A DNA stretch of 64,000 nucleotides, taken from the NCBI GenBank assembly GCA_964490075.1, contig CAZBBK010000007.1, forward strand, positions 1-64,000. The letters are read 5' to 3'. This document shows positions 8,812 to 17,598 of this stretch, piece by piece. The stretch's first letter is position 1. Each line of letters opens with the position of its first letter. The DNA is from an uncultured Gemmatimonadota bacterium (lineage in GTDB: Bacteria; GCA-2686955). Below the pieces are notes generated by a model, which saw only the letters and a list, made by a program, of their open reading frames with translations, was not told the origin of the DNA and made no database searches. The translations under genes and the position numbers were made by a program.

Positions 8812-9996
8812 ATGCTCTCTAGCACTCCGCCCATCATCAGCGGACGCGGCATGCGCTTGCCGGACGAGGCCCTCAGCAACGCCGACGTGGCCGCGCTCGC
8901 CGATCCTCGGCAGCTGCGCCTCTGGGCGGAGCGCAACCAGTGGTGCCGCCGGCAGCTCGACAGCGAGGCTCCCGGGGCCTGGTCGGAGGGAGAGATCCGC
9001 GGGATCTTCGAGCGCTATGTCGCCGAGCGCATCGGGATCAACGCCCGCCGTGTGATCGACCGCCAGGCCCTGATCGATGGGCGCCCTTCCCGGCGTGGCG
9101 TGCACGCCTCCGACCTGGGTGCCGGCGCCTGCCGCGCTGCCCTGGACGCCGCCGCGGTCGACCCGGAAGAGGTCGATGCGCTGATCTGCGGCACCTCCTC
9201 TCCCGAACGGATCTACCCCACCACGGCGATCGAGATCCAGTCCAAGATCGGGGCCCGGCGTGCCCATGCTTTCGATCTGCTGGCGGCCTGCTCGAGCTTC
9301 GTCTACGGGCTGCATATGGCGCGCGGGTTGATCGAGGCCGGCATCCATCGACGGATCCTGGTGGTCGCCGCCGAATACTTCACCTCGGCGGTCGACTATG
9401 CCGATCCGAACAACTCCTTTTTCTGGGGGGACGGCGCCGCCGCCGCGCTGGTGGAGTCGCAAGAATCGGCGCGCCGCCCCGAGGGCTACCTGCTGGTCGA
9501 CACCCACTGCCTCTCGATCCCGAGCCAGAACATCCGCACCGGACTGGGCGGCACCAAACCCTTCCTGGCCCGCATGGCATGCGCCGCGCCCGAGCCGCCG
9601 CGCCAGGAGCCGGGTGAATCGGGCGCCACCGACGAGGCCGCCTATCCCTATTTCTGGCAGGACGGGCCGCAGGTGGTCAAGGATGTGGTGCCGGTGGTGG
9701 TCCGCGAAACGCGTTCCATCGTCGAGCGCAACGGTCTCGCGCTCGACGACGTCCGCCAGTTCATGTTCCACCAGCCGAGCGCGCTCTTTCTCGGCTCGCT
9801 GGCGAAGCGGCTCTTGGGCGTGAGACTGCCCTGCGAGCGGGTCCCGACCAGCTTTCTCGAGTACGGCAACACCAGCAGCGCCGGAGCGCCGATCTGCCTG
9901 GCCGAGGAGGCGACCATGGCGGCCGGAGAGCACGCCTGCATGACGGTTTTCGGCGCCGGCTACACGGTGGCCTGCGCGCTGCTGCGCAAGAGCTGA
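8812..9996 (+). CDS. 3-oxoacyl-ACP synthase III (FabH-like condensing enzyme)
   Basis: Cys-His-Asn triad in AACSSFVYGL, FHQPS and YGNTSSAG; also WGDGAAA and VFGAGYT. ATG at 8812. Confidence 0.88.
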   Translation: MLSSTPPIISGRGMRLPDEALSNADVAALADPRQLRLWAERNQWCRRQLDSEAPGAWSEGEIRGIFERYVAERIGINARRVIDRQALIDGRPSRRGVHASDLGAGACRAALDAAAVDPEEVDALICGTSSPERIYPTTAIEIQSKIGARRAHAFDLLAACSSFVYGLHMARGLIEAGIHRRILVVAAEYFTSAVDYADPNNSFFWGDGAAAALVESQESARRPEGYLLVDTHCLSIPSQNIRTGLGGTKPFLARMACAAPEPPRQEPGESGATDEAAYPYFWQDGPQVVKDVVPVVVRETRSIVERNGLALDDVRQFMFHQPSALFLGSLAKRLLGVRLPCERVPTSFLEYGNTSSAGAPICLAEEATMAAGEHACMTVFGAGYTVACALLRKS

Positions 9997-10011
9997 GCGC
10001 GCCGATCTCCG

Positions 10012-12771
10012 CTACGGCTTCGGAGCTGGATCGGCCTCGCGTGCGCCCTCGAAGCTGCCCGCGCGCACCAGGTGCATCCGCTCGGGGTCGATGTGGCGCG
10101 CCAGGGCGCGTCCGAGATCGGCAGCCTCGAGCTCCCCCACGCGCGCCTCCAGCTCCGCGTCCCAGATCAGCGTGCGGCCTTCGTGGCCGCGCAGGGTCAA
10201 CCGCCGCGCCAGCTCCGCGTCGCGCCCGCGGGAAACCTGCCGCTGCTGCAGCCAGCCGGAGACCGCGGTGCGCACCTCCTCCTCGCTGAATCCCTGGTCG
10301 ACCACCTTGCGCAGCTCCTCCTGGAAGGCGCTCAAGAGCCGCACCTCGTTCTGCGGGGCATACATCGCCCAGGCGCCGAAGTCGCCGCGCTGCTGCCAAT
10401 CGCTGGCCCAGTACCAGGAGCCGATGCTGTAGCTGATCCCCTCCTCGTCGCGCAGCCGCTCCGACAGGCGCGAGCCAGCGCCGCCGCCGATGATGTGGTC
10501 GGCCAGCGTCAGCGCCGCATGGTCGGCGTGGTCGTCGCGCAGCGGCAAGGGCAGCGACGCCATCATGCTCGAGCTCTCCTTGCCCGGGATCTCGATCCGG
10601 GTGCGCAGCACCGGCCGCTCCCGGTAGGGATCGGGGATTCGCTGATGGGGGGTGGCGCAGTCCCAATCCCCGAAGGCATCTTCGATCAGCGCCTCGACCT
10701 GCCGGGGATCGAAGTCGCCGACCACCGCCAGCTGCGCGGCGCAGGCCCCGTAGAACGAGCGGTGGAAATCGCGCAGATCCTGGAGCTCGGCGCCGCGCAC
10801 CCGCTCCAGGCTCTCCTCCAGAGTGGGGGTGTAGTCGACGTGGTCGGGGGGACGCGGCACCGTGTGGCGCTTCAGAGCCTGATCGACCCGCGCCCATGGC
10901 TCGTGCCGCGAATCCTCGATCTCAACCAGGCGCTCGCGCTTCAGGGCCGCGAGCTCCGCCTCGTCGAAGGCCGGCTCGCGCAGGATCTCGGCCACCAGGC
11001 GCAGGGCATCGGCCAGGTTGGGCCGCTCCACGTCGATCGACGCCCTGACCGACCCGGGGTCGCCCTCGACCCGAATCCGGGCCGCCAGGCGGTCGATCTC
11101 GTCCGCGATCTCCTGCCGTGACCGGTGGGCGGTGCCGCGCATCAGCATGGCGGCGGTCAGCTCGCCCGCGGCGGCTTTCCCGCGCAGGCTCTGCTCGGAT
11201 CCCAGGTAGAGGCGCAGATGGACCGAAACCTGCTCGCCGCGGGTCTTCTTCGGCAAGAGCGCGAGCGCCAGCCCGGAGTCCAGGGTGGAGCGCAGCACCC
11301 GCGCCTCGATGGCGCGCGGCGAAGGGTCGAAGGCCTCGCCGAGAGCCAGCGCCCGGCCACCGACGTAGCCGGCGAGCAAGGAATCGAGGTCGGGCGCGGG
11401 CGGAATCTCCACATGCTCCGGGGCGGCGCTGGGGATGAAGCGCGCCACCGTCCGGTTGGTCTCCCGCAGATAGTAGGCGGCCGTCCTTCGAACCTCCTCC
11501 GGCGTGACCCGGCGCAGGCGATCGCGGTGCAGAAAGGCCAGCCGCCAGTCGCCAATGGCGGCCCACTCGCTGAGCTCGACCGCCATCTGCGCGCTGTTGC
11601 GAAAGGTCGACTTCCAGGAGCGTTCCAGGCTCCCTTTGGCGCGCTCCACCTCTTCCTCGGTGGGCGGCGCGGCGGGGAACGACTCGCTGACCTGCAGAAG
11701 CGAATCGCGCACCGCGTCGAGCGAGCCCTCGGCCGCCAGCTGGACAGCGAGAACGAGCAGGGAGGCATGTCGCAAGCGATTGGCGCCGCCGAAGATGCCG
11801 GTGGCGAGGCCGCTCTCGACCAGCGCCCGGTGCAGGCGCCCGCGCGGCGAATCGGTCAGGATCTGCGCCAGCACCTCCAGCGGCGCGGAATCGCCGTGGC
11901 TGCCGGGAGGAATGTGGTAGCCGACCATCACCAGCTGGGTGTCGCCCACCCGCCGCAGAGTCACCGTACGTTCGCCGTCCTGGGGCGGTTCGGTGGTGTA
12001 GAAGGCGGGCATGGGCGCATCGGGGGGCTGGAGCGGACCGAACTTGTCGGCCACCAGCGCCAGCGTCCGCTTCGGCTCGATGGCCCCGGCCACCACCAGC
12101 AGCGCGTTGTCGGGGCGGTACCAGGCGCGGTAGAAATCGCGCAGCCGCTCGATCGGCACGCCCTCGATGTCGGAGCGGGCGCCGATGGTCTCGTTGCCGT
12201 AGTTGTGCCAGTCGAAGGCGCAAGCCTGGAGGCGCTTGTAGAGCACCGCGGGGGGGGAGTTCTCGCGCCCCTCGAACTCGTTGCGCACCACGGTCATCTC
12301 CGAGCGCAGGTCGGCCTCGCGAAGGAAGCTGTTCATCATCCGGTCGGCCTCCAGGTCGAGCGCCCAGGCGAGATTCTCGTCGGATGCGTGGAAGCTCTCG
12401 TAGAAGTTGGTGCGGTCGAAGAAGGTGGTGGCGGCGTAGCGGCAGCCGTGGGCGTCCAGCTCGTCCTTCACCTCGAGATGCCGGGGCGTGCCCATGAAGA
12501 GCATGTGCTCCAGCAGATGGGCCATGCCGGTCTCGCCGTAGCCTTCGCTGGCCGAGCCGACCTCGTAGGTGATGTTGACCGTGATCGTCTCTTGCGAGGG
12601 ATCGGGGAAGAGCAGGAGCTCGAGGCCGTTGTCGAGTCGATACTCGTGGATGCCCTCGATGCTGCGCAGATAGGCGATGCCCGGGGGCGGATCCGGCAGT
12701 TGCGTCTGAGCGGCCGCGGCATGGGTGGCGAGGGCGAAGAAGAGGCTTGTACGCAGGAAGCTCGCGCTCAT
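10012..12771 (-). CDS. Secreted M16 family zinc peptidase (pitrilysin/PqqL-like, two-module)
   Basis: Signal peptide; inverted zincin motif GMAHLLEHMLF; EMTVVRNE; second module with RL..RLRDEEGISY. Confidence 0.92.
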   Translation of the reverse strand: MSASFLRTSLFFALATHAAAAQTQLPDPPPGIAYLRSIEGIHEYRLDNGLELLLFPDPSQETITVNITYEVGSASEGYGETGMAHLLEHMLFMGTPRHLEVKDELDAHGCRYAATTFFDRTNFYESFHASDENLAWALDLEADRMMNSFLREADLRSEMTVVRNEFEGRENSPPAVLYKRLQACAFDWHNYGNETIGARSDIEGVPIERLRDFYRAWYRPDNALLVVAGAIEPKRTLALVADKFGPLQPPDAPMPAFYTTEPPQDGERTVTLRRVGDTQLVMVGYHIPPGSHGDSAPLEVLAQILTDSPRGRLHRALVESGLATGIFGGANRLRHASLLVLAVQLAAEGSLDAVRDSLLQVSESFPAAPPTEEEVERAKGSLERSWKSTFRNSAQMAVELSEWAAIGDWRLAFLHRDRLRRVTPEEVRRTAAYYLRETNRTVARFIPSAAPEHVEIPPAPDLDSLLAGYVGGRALALGEAFDPSPRAIEARVLRSTLDSGLALALLPKKTRGEQVSVHLRLYLGSEQSLRGKAAAGELTAAMLMRGTAHRSRQEIADEIDRLAARIRVEGDPGSVRASIDVERPNLADALRLVAEILREPAFDEAELAALKRERLVEIEDSRHEPWARVDQALKRHTVPRPPDHVDYTPTLEESLERVRGAELQDLRDFHRSFYGACAAQLAVVGDFDPRQVEALIEDAFGDWDCATPHQRIPDPYRERPVLRTRIEIPGKESSSMMASLPLPLRDDHADHAALTLADHIIGGGAGSRLSERLRDEEGISYSIGSWYWASDWQQRGDFGAWAMYAPQNEVRLLSAFQEELRKVVDQGFSEEEVRTAVSGWLQQRQVSRGRDAELARRLTLRGHEGRTLIWDAELEARVGELEAADLGRALARHIDPERMHLVRAGSFEGAREADPAPKP

Positions 12772-12809
12772 CGATGACTCCGTCTCGAGGATGCTGTTCG
12801 TTGGGTGGC

Positions 12810-14240
12810 TCAGCCGCCGGGCACCCGTTCCAGGGCGACCACCGTCTCGCTGTGCGGCGTGTGCGGAAAAAGGTCGACCGGGTGCGCGGAGGCGACGCGG
12901 AATCCCCCTTGGGCCAGGATCGCCAGATCACGCGCCAGAGTGCTGGGATTGCAGGAGACGTAGACGATCCTCGCGGGACGCAGATCGAGCAGCTCGGCCA
13001 GCACCTTGGGATGGTTCCCGGCGCGCGGCGGATCGAGGATCACCACGTCGGGTGCGCCATGCCGGCGCACCGCGCCCGCCAAGGTGCCGCGCACATCTCC
13101 GGCGCTGAAGGCGACGTTGGCGATGCGGTTGCGCTGCGCATTGCGGCGTGCGTTGGCGATCGCCGACTCGACCAGCTCGAGTCCGACCACTTTGGCGGCC
13201 TCGCGGGCCAGGAAGAGGGCGATGGTGCCGGTGCCGCAGTAGAGATCGAACACCCGCTTGCCACGCAGATCCCCCGCCTCTCGCGCGATGATCCGGTAGA
13301 GCTGCTCCGCGGCGGCGGTATTGGGCTGAAAGAACGAGCCGGGAGAGATCTCGAACTCGAGATCGCCGATTCGGTCGACGATCGATCCCTCGCCGTGCAA
13401 GAGGTGCAGCTCGTCGAGGATCACCGCCGAGGCCGGGCGCGGCGCGATGCCGTTCACGCAGGTGGTCAGCTCGCCGAAGCGCGAAAGCAGCGCGGCGGCC
13501 CACACGCCGGCCACATCGGGCTCGTTCCAGGCGGTCACCAGGTTGGCCATCACCTGGCCGGTGTTGCGTCCCCTGCGCAACACCAGGAAGCGCCAGAAGC
13601 CCTCACGGTCGCGGGTGTCGTAGGCGCGCAGGCTGGAGGCGCGGGCCACCTCGCGCGTCAGGGCCAGGATCTGGTTCATGCGCGAGTCCTGGATGGTGCA
13701 GTCGGCCACCTCGACCACCTTGTCGAAGATCCGCGGCACGTGCAGCCCGAGCGCGGCGCCGGAAGCGCCATCCACGCCAGCCTCGAGCTCTTCCGGCAAG
13801 AGCCAGCGCCGGCGCGCGAACGAGAACTCCATCTTGTTGCGATAGGCCCAGACATCCGGCGAGGGCTCGACCGGCGCCACCTCGATTCCCCGCAAGCCGC
13901 CGATTCGGCTCAGGGCGTCGGCGATGAGTCGGCGCTTGCCCACGAGCTGTGCGTCGTAGCTGAGGTTCTGAAAGCTGCACCCCCCGCAGGTGCCGAAGTG
14001 GGCACAGGGCGGCTCCGGAACGCGGTCCGGCGAGGGCTCCAAGAGCTCGATCACCCGTCCCTCGCCGTGGCTGCCGCGAGCCCGGTGCAGGCGGATCCGC
14101 GCGCGGTCGCCCGGCACCCCTCCGCGCACGAAGATCACGTAGCCGCCAGCCTTGGCGACGGTGCGTCCGCCCTCGGCGATCGGTCCCAGCAGCACCTCGA
14201 TCTCGTCGCCCTTGCGGGGGCGCCCGGCGCGCGACTCCAT
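12810..14240 (-). CDS. rlmD: 23S rRNA (uracil-C5)-methyltransferase RlmD/RumA
   Basis: TRAM domain, Fe-S motif CAHFGTCGGC, SFFQPN, DLYCGTGTI, DPPRAG, YVSCNPSTLARD, DLFPHTPHSE. Confidence 0.93.
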   Translation of the reverse strand: MESRAGRPRKGDEIEVLLGPIAEGGRTVAKAGGYVIFVRGGVPGDRARIRLHRARGSHGEGRVIELLEPSPDRVPEPPCAHFGTCGGCSFQNLSYDAQLVGKRRLIADALSRIGGLRGIEVAPVEPSPDVWAYRNKMEFSFARRRWLLPEELEAGVDGASGAALGLHVPRIFDKVVEVADCTIQDSRMNQILALTREVARASSLRAYDTRDREGFWRFLVLRRGRNTGQVMANLVTAWNEPDVAGVWAAALLSRFGELTTCVNGIAPRPASAVILDELHLLHGEGSIVDRIGDLEFEISPGSFFQPNTAAAEQLYRIIAREAGDLRGKRVFDLYCGTGTIALFLAREAAKVVGLELVESAIANARRNAQRNRIANVAFSAGDVRGTLAGAVRRHGAPDVVILDPPRAGNHPKVLAELLDLRPARIVYVSCNPSTLARDLAILAQGGFRVASAHPVDLFPHTPHSETVVALERVPGG

Positions 14241-17200
14241 CAGTTCCAGCTCTCCAGGTCGATCCAGTCCCCATCACGATGTGCCTGGTGCGTGCAGCGT
14301 CCCGCCGCGCACTCCCGGGCGTCGATCTCCGCCGATCGCTCGCGCCCGCTCAGGTCGCCACGCTCGGCCGCGGCGTCCACTTCCGGCTCCCCGATCGCTT
14401 CCAGCATCCGCTCGATCGCTCGCTGCAGCTGGGGATCACGCCCGGCTGCTTCGTCGGCCGGCGTCAGCTCGACCGGCACATCGGGAGCCACCCCGCGGTT
14501 CTCGAGGTTCTGTCCCCTCAGGGTGAACCAGCCCACGGTCGGAAGCCTGAGCCAGGAGCCGTCCAGCAGCTTCATCCCTCCGGTGCCGATCACCGAGCCG
14601 GCGGTCGCCACCCCCACCAGCGGACCCAGCCCCAGCGCCCGGAAGGCCTCAGGAAAAATCTCGGCGTCGGAGCCCGAGCGCTCGTTGATCAGCACCGCGG
14701 CCGGCCGCCGGCGCCAATTCGCCGGCTGCAGGGTGCGCTCGCCGCCGCGCGGATGGCGCAACGCGTAGGGGCCGCGGTCGAGCGCTTGCAGGAGCTCTTC
14801 GTGGATGTAGCCGCCGCCGTTGTCGCGCACGTCGATGATCAGCGCCTCGGCCTGGTAGGCGTCTCCCAGCAGGGTCTGGCGAAAACGCCGCAGATTGCTC
14901 CGGTCCATCGCCGAGAGGTAGACGTAGGCGATCCGCCCGGCGCTGGCCCGCGCCACCCGCGCGGCACGCTCCTCGACTCGGGCCTCGGTGCGCAGGCGGC
15001 GCAGCGCGCCCCAGGCCACCGGCCGCGCGGTGAAGAGGGAGGCGGCCTTGCGCCGGGCGTGGCGGGCCAGCCCCAGCTCCAGGGGACGGTCGACGCACTC
15101 CAGCAGCAGGGTGTCGAGCAGGGCCCCCGGCGGCTGGTGGACGCCCTCCCAGGTGACCACGTGATCACCCACCCGCGGCCGCTCCTGCCCCGGCTCCAGG
15201 CGCGGCGGATCGAGCGGCCCGTTGGCGACGATCGAGGCGATACGCCAGGCACGGAAATCGCCGTCCACGGGCACCAGCTGGGCGCCGAGGTAGCCGAAGG
15301 GGGTTCGCTCCCGCCCCCCGCCGCCCCAGATCCCCAGGTGCGAGGCGTTCAGCGCGCCCATCATCTCCGAAATCAGGCGCTGCAGATCGGTCCGGTCCCA
15401 AACCCCGCGCAAGCGCTCGGAGTGACGGCGCCGCACCGCCTCCCAATCGGCGCCGTGCAGCTCGGGGTCGTAGAACTGCTCGCGCAGGGCACGCCAGGCC
15501 TCGTCGAAGACCGCCTCGTGCAAGCTGCGGCGGTCGAGGGTGAAACGCGCCTCGAGCTCGACCGCGGTGCGCGCCGTGCCGCTCTCGGGCGCGGTGTAGA
15601 CGCGTCCCCCGGAGGCGTAGGCGATTCGATCGCCGGCGATCCAGCGCGGCCGGCTCTCGTTGGCCCCGTCGTGGGTGAGCTGGGAGGGCGTCCCCCCCTT
15701 CGAATCGCCGCTCCACAGATCCCAGGAGCCGAGCACGTTGGAACGGAAGAGCACCCGCTCGGCGTCTTCCGACCACGCGGCATCCTGGTCGTCGCCGGCG
15801 GTCGAGGCGATCTTCTCGGGCTCGAAGCGGCCCCGCTCCAGGAAGCGCCGCAGCTCGGCATCCAGCGCGCGGCGCTCGGCCTCTTCCTCTTCGCCGTCCT
15901 GCGAATCGCTCCCCCCCTCCTCCGAGCCCGCCTTCGCGTCCTCTTCCTCCGCCTCCAGCTCCGCCATGGTGAGCACGAAGAGATCCCAGGAGCCGTCCCG
16001 ATCGGACTCGAAGAGCAGTCGGCGCCCGTCCGGAGACCAGCGCGGCCGCTGGTCGTGCGCCGGATCGGGAGAGACGTTCCACTCCTCGCCGCTGGCCAGA
16101 TCGACCACGAAGATATCGCCCACGTCCGCGGCGTTGTGGCGCTCGTAGGCGGCCCAGTCGCCGGCCGGCGATCGGTGCGGGGTGTGGACCTGCGGACCCG
16201 AGACCACCTTGCGCGCGGGGCCGCCGGCCGCCGGCACCAGGTAGAGGTCGCCGCGGCCGCGCTCGAAGAGGATCTCGACGCCCTCGGCCGACCATTGCGG
16301 GTCGCCCTCCTCTTGGGGGTCGTCGGTCAGCTGCCGGGGCGGCTGGCGGCCCTCGGCATCGATCACCCAGATGTCGCGGTCGCCGCCGGCGTCGGAGACG
16401 AAGACGATCTGCTCGCCATCGGGCGAGTAGCGCGGCTGATCGTCGCGCCCCGCGCTGCGGGTGAGACGCCGGGGACGGTCGTCATCGCCCGGGGCGATCT
16501 TGCCGGCGAAGAGCTCGCCTCGAAAGGCGGCGACCAGGTGCTCCCCGGCGGCGTCGATATCCCATCCACCATCCACTTTGCGGGTCTTCACCCGTTCCAG
16601 GGGGGTCTCCTTGTCGTCGGAGCGCACGCGCACCGGCAGAGGCCGCGCGGCTCCGCCCCGCGCCTCGAGATCGACCGCGAAGAGCCTCCCCTCGCGCACG
16701 AAGACCGCGCGCCTCCCGCCCGCGTCGAGGGTCGGGAAGGAGACTCCGGGAGCCGGCTGATCGGTGAGCCGGCGGGGCTCGCCGCCGGCCACCGGCGCCC
16801 GGTAGAGGTTCGGGATCCCACCCTCGCGCGAGGAGACGAAGAGCAGCTCTTCCCCTCCGCTCAGCCACAAGGGCCAGCGATCGTGGGTTTCGCTGGGAAG
16901 CAGCACGCGCGGATCCCGGCCCGGGGCGTCGAGGACGATGCGCGCCGCCGCCGAGCCGCGATAGCCCCAGCGGTACCAACGCGACGAACCGGCACTGGCG
17001 AGCAGCGCCCCGCCGCCCCCCCGCAGCGCCCCGTCGAAAGCCTGGTAGTCGCTGCGCCGCCGCGCATCGCCGCCCGCCGCCGGCAGCGCCCAGAGATGGG
17101 GGCGTTCGCTGCCGCGCGCGGCGGCGAAGAGCACTTCGCTTCCGTCGGCGCTCCAGTCGCAGACCCACTCGTCGGCCTCGTGATAGCTCAGACGCCGCGC

Positions 17201-17509
17201 CGCGCCTCCCGCTGCCGGCATCACGAAGAGGTCGGCGTTCCCCCAACGGTCGGAGCTGAACGCCAGCCGAGTGCCATCGGGAGAGAAGCACGGCGAGCTC
17301 TCGCGGTCGACGTGGGTGGTGAGTCGCAGGGCCTCGCCGCCGCTCGCCGGCACCGACCACAAGTCCCCCAGGTAGACGAAGACCAGGGTCTCCCCGTCGG
17401 GCGAGAGAGCCGGATCGGAGAAGCCGATCGCGGGCGGATCGCCCGTCGGCTGGGGAGCCGCCTTCGCGCCGCCGACACAAATCTGCAGAGCCAAGAGGGA
17501 ACAGATCAT
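14240..17509 (-). CDS. Tricorn-like S41 peptidase with PD40/TolB-type propeller repeats
   Basis: Repeated SPDG motifs, LNASHLG, IDVRDNGGG, SGSDAEIF, ENRGVAPD, DPQL..AI. Alternative start at 17548. Confidence 0.9.
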   Translation of the reverse strand: MICSLLALQICVGGAKAAPQPTGDPPAIGFSDPALSPDGETLVFVYLGDLWSVPASGGEALRLTTHVDRESSPCFSPDGTRLAFSSDRWGNADLFVMPAAGGAARRLSYHEADEWVCDWSADGSEVLFAAARGSERPHLWALPAAGGDARRRSDYQAFDGALRGGGGALLASAGSSRWYRWGYRGSAAARIVLDAPGRDPRVLLPSETHDRWPLWLSGGEELLFVSSREGGIPNLYRAPVAGGEPRRLTDQPAPGVSFPTLDAGGRRAVFVREGRLFAVDLEARGGAARPLPVRVRSDDKETPLERVKTRKVDGGWDIDAAGEHLVAAFRGELFAGKIAPGDDDRPRRLTRSAGRDDQPRYSPDGEQIVFVSDAGGDRDIWVIDAEGRQPPRQLTDDPQEEGDPQWSAEGVEILFERGRGDLYLVPAAGGPARKVVSGPQVHTPHRSPAGDWAAYERHNAADVGDIFVVDLASGEEWNVSPDPAHDQRPRWSPDGRRLLFESDRDGSWDLFVLTMAELEAEEEDAKAGSEEGGSDSQDGEEEEAERRALDAELRRFLERGRFEPEKIASTAGDDQDAAWSEDAERVLFRSNVLGSWDLWSGDSKGGTPSQLTHDGANESRPRWIAGDRIAYASGGRVYTAPESGTARTAVELEARFTLDRRSLHEAVFDEAWRALREQFYDPELHGADWEAVRRRHSERLRGVWDRTDLQRLISEMMGALNASHLGIWGGGGRERTPFGYLGAQLVPVDGDFRAWRIASIVANGPLDPPRLEPGQERPRVGDHVVTWEGVHQPPGALLDTLLLECVDRPLELGLARHARRKAASLFTARPVAWGALRRLRTEARVEERAARVARASAGRIAYVYLSAMDRSNLRRFRQTLLGDAYQAEALIIDVRDNGGGYIHEELLQALDRGPYALRHPRGGERTLQPANWRRRPAAVLINERSGSDAEIFPEAFRALGLGPLVGVATAGSVIGTGGMKLLDGSWLRLPTVGWFTLRGQNLENRGVAPDVPVELTPADEAAGRDPQLQRAIERMLEAIGEPEVDAAAERGDLSGRERSAEIDARECAAGRCTHQAHRDGDWIDLESWN

Positions 17510-17598
17510 CGATCGAGGTCTCGTTTCCTGCGGGGGGCCGGCAAGCATACTCAAGCGACCTGCGCCGGTTGCGCTGCAATCGACCTGAATTCCTGACG

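Noticed and set aside
4983-8936. 1317-aa ORF suggesting a giant regulator; similar 5' extensions on 33875-37348, 44602-48171, 48290-50692, 50763-53801, 54113-57997
   Set aside because: The extensions are Arg/Gly/Pro-rich off-frame read-through of neighbouring genes. Real starts are marked by coupled start/stop overlaps, SD sequences or signal peptides.
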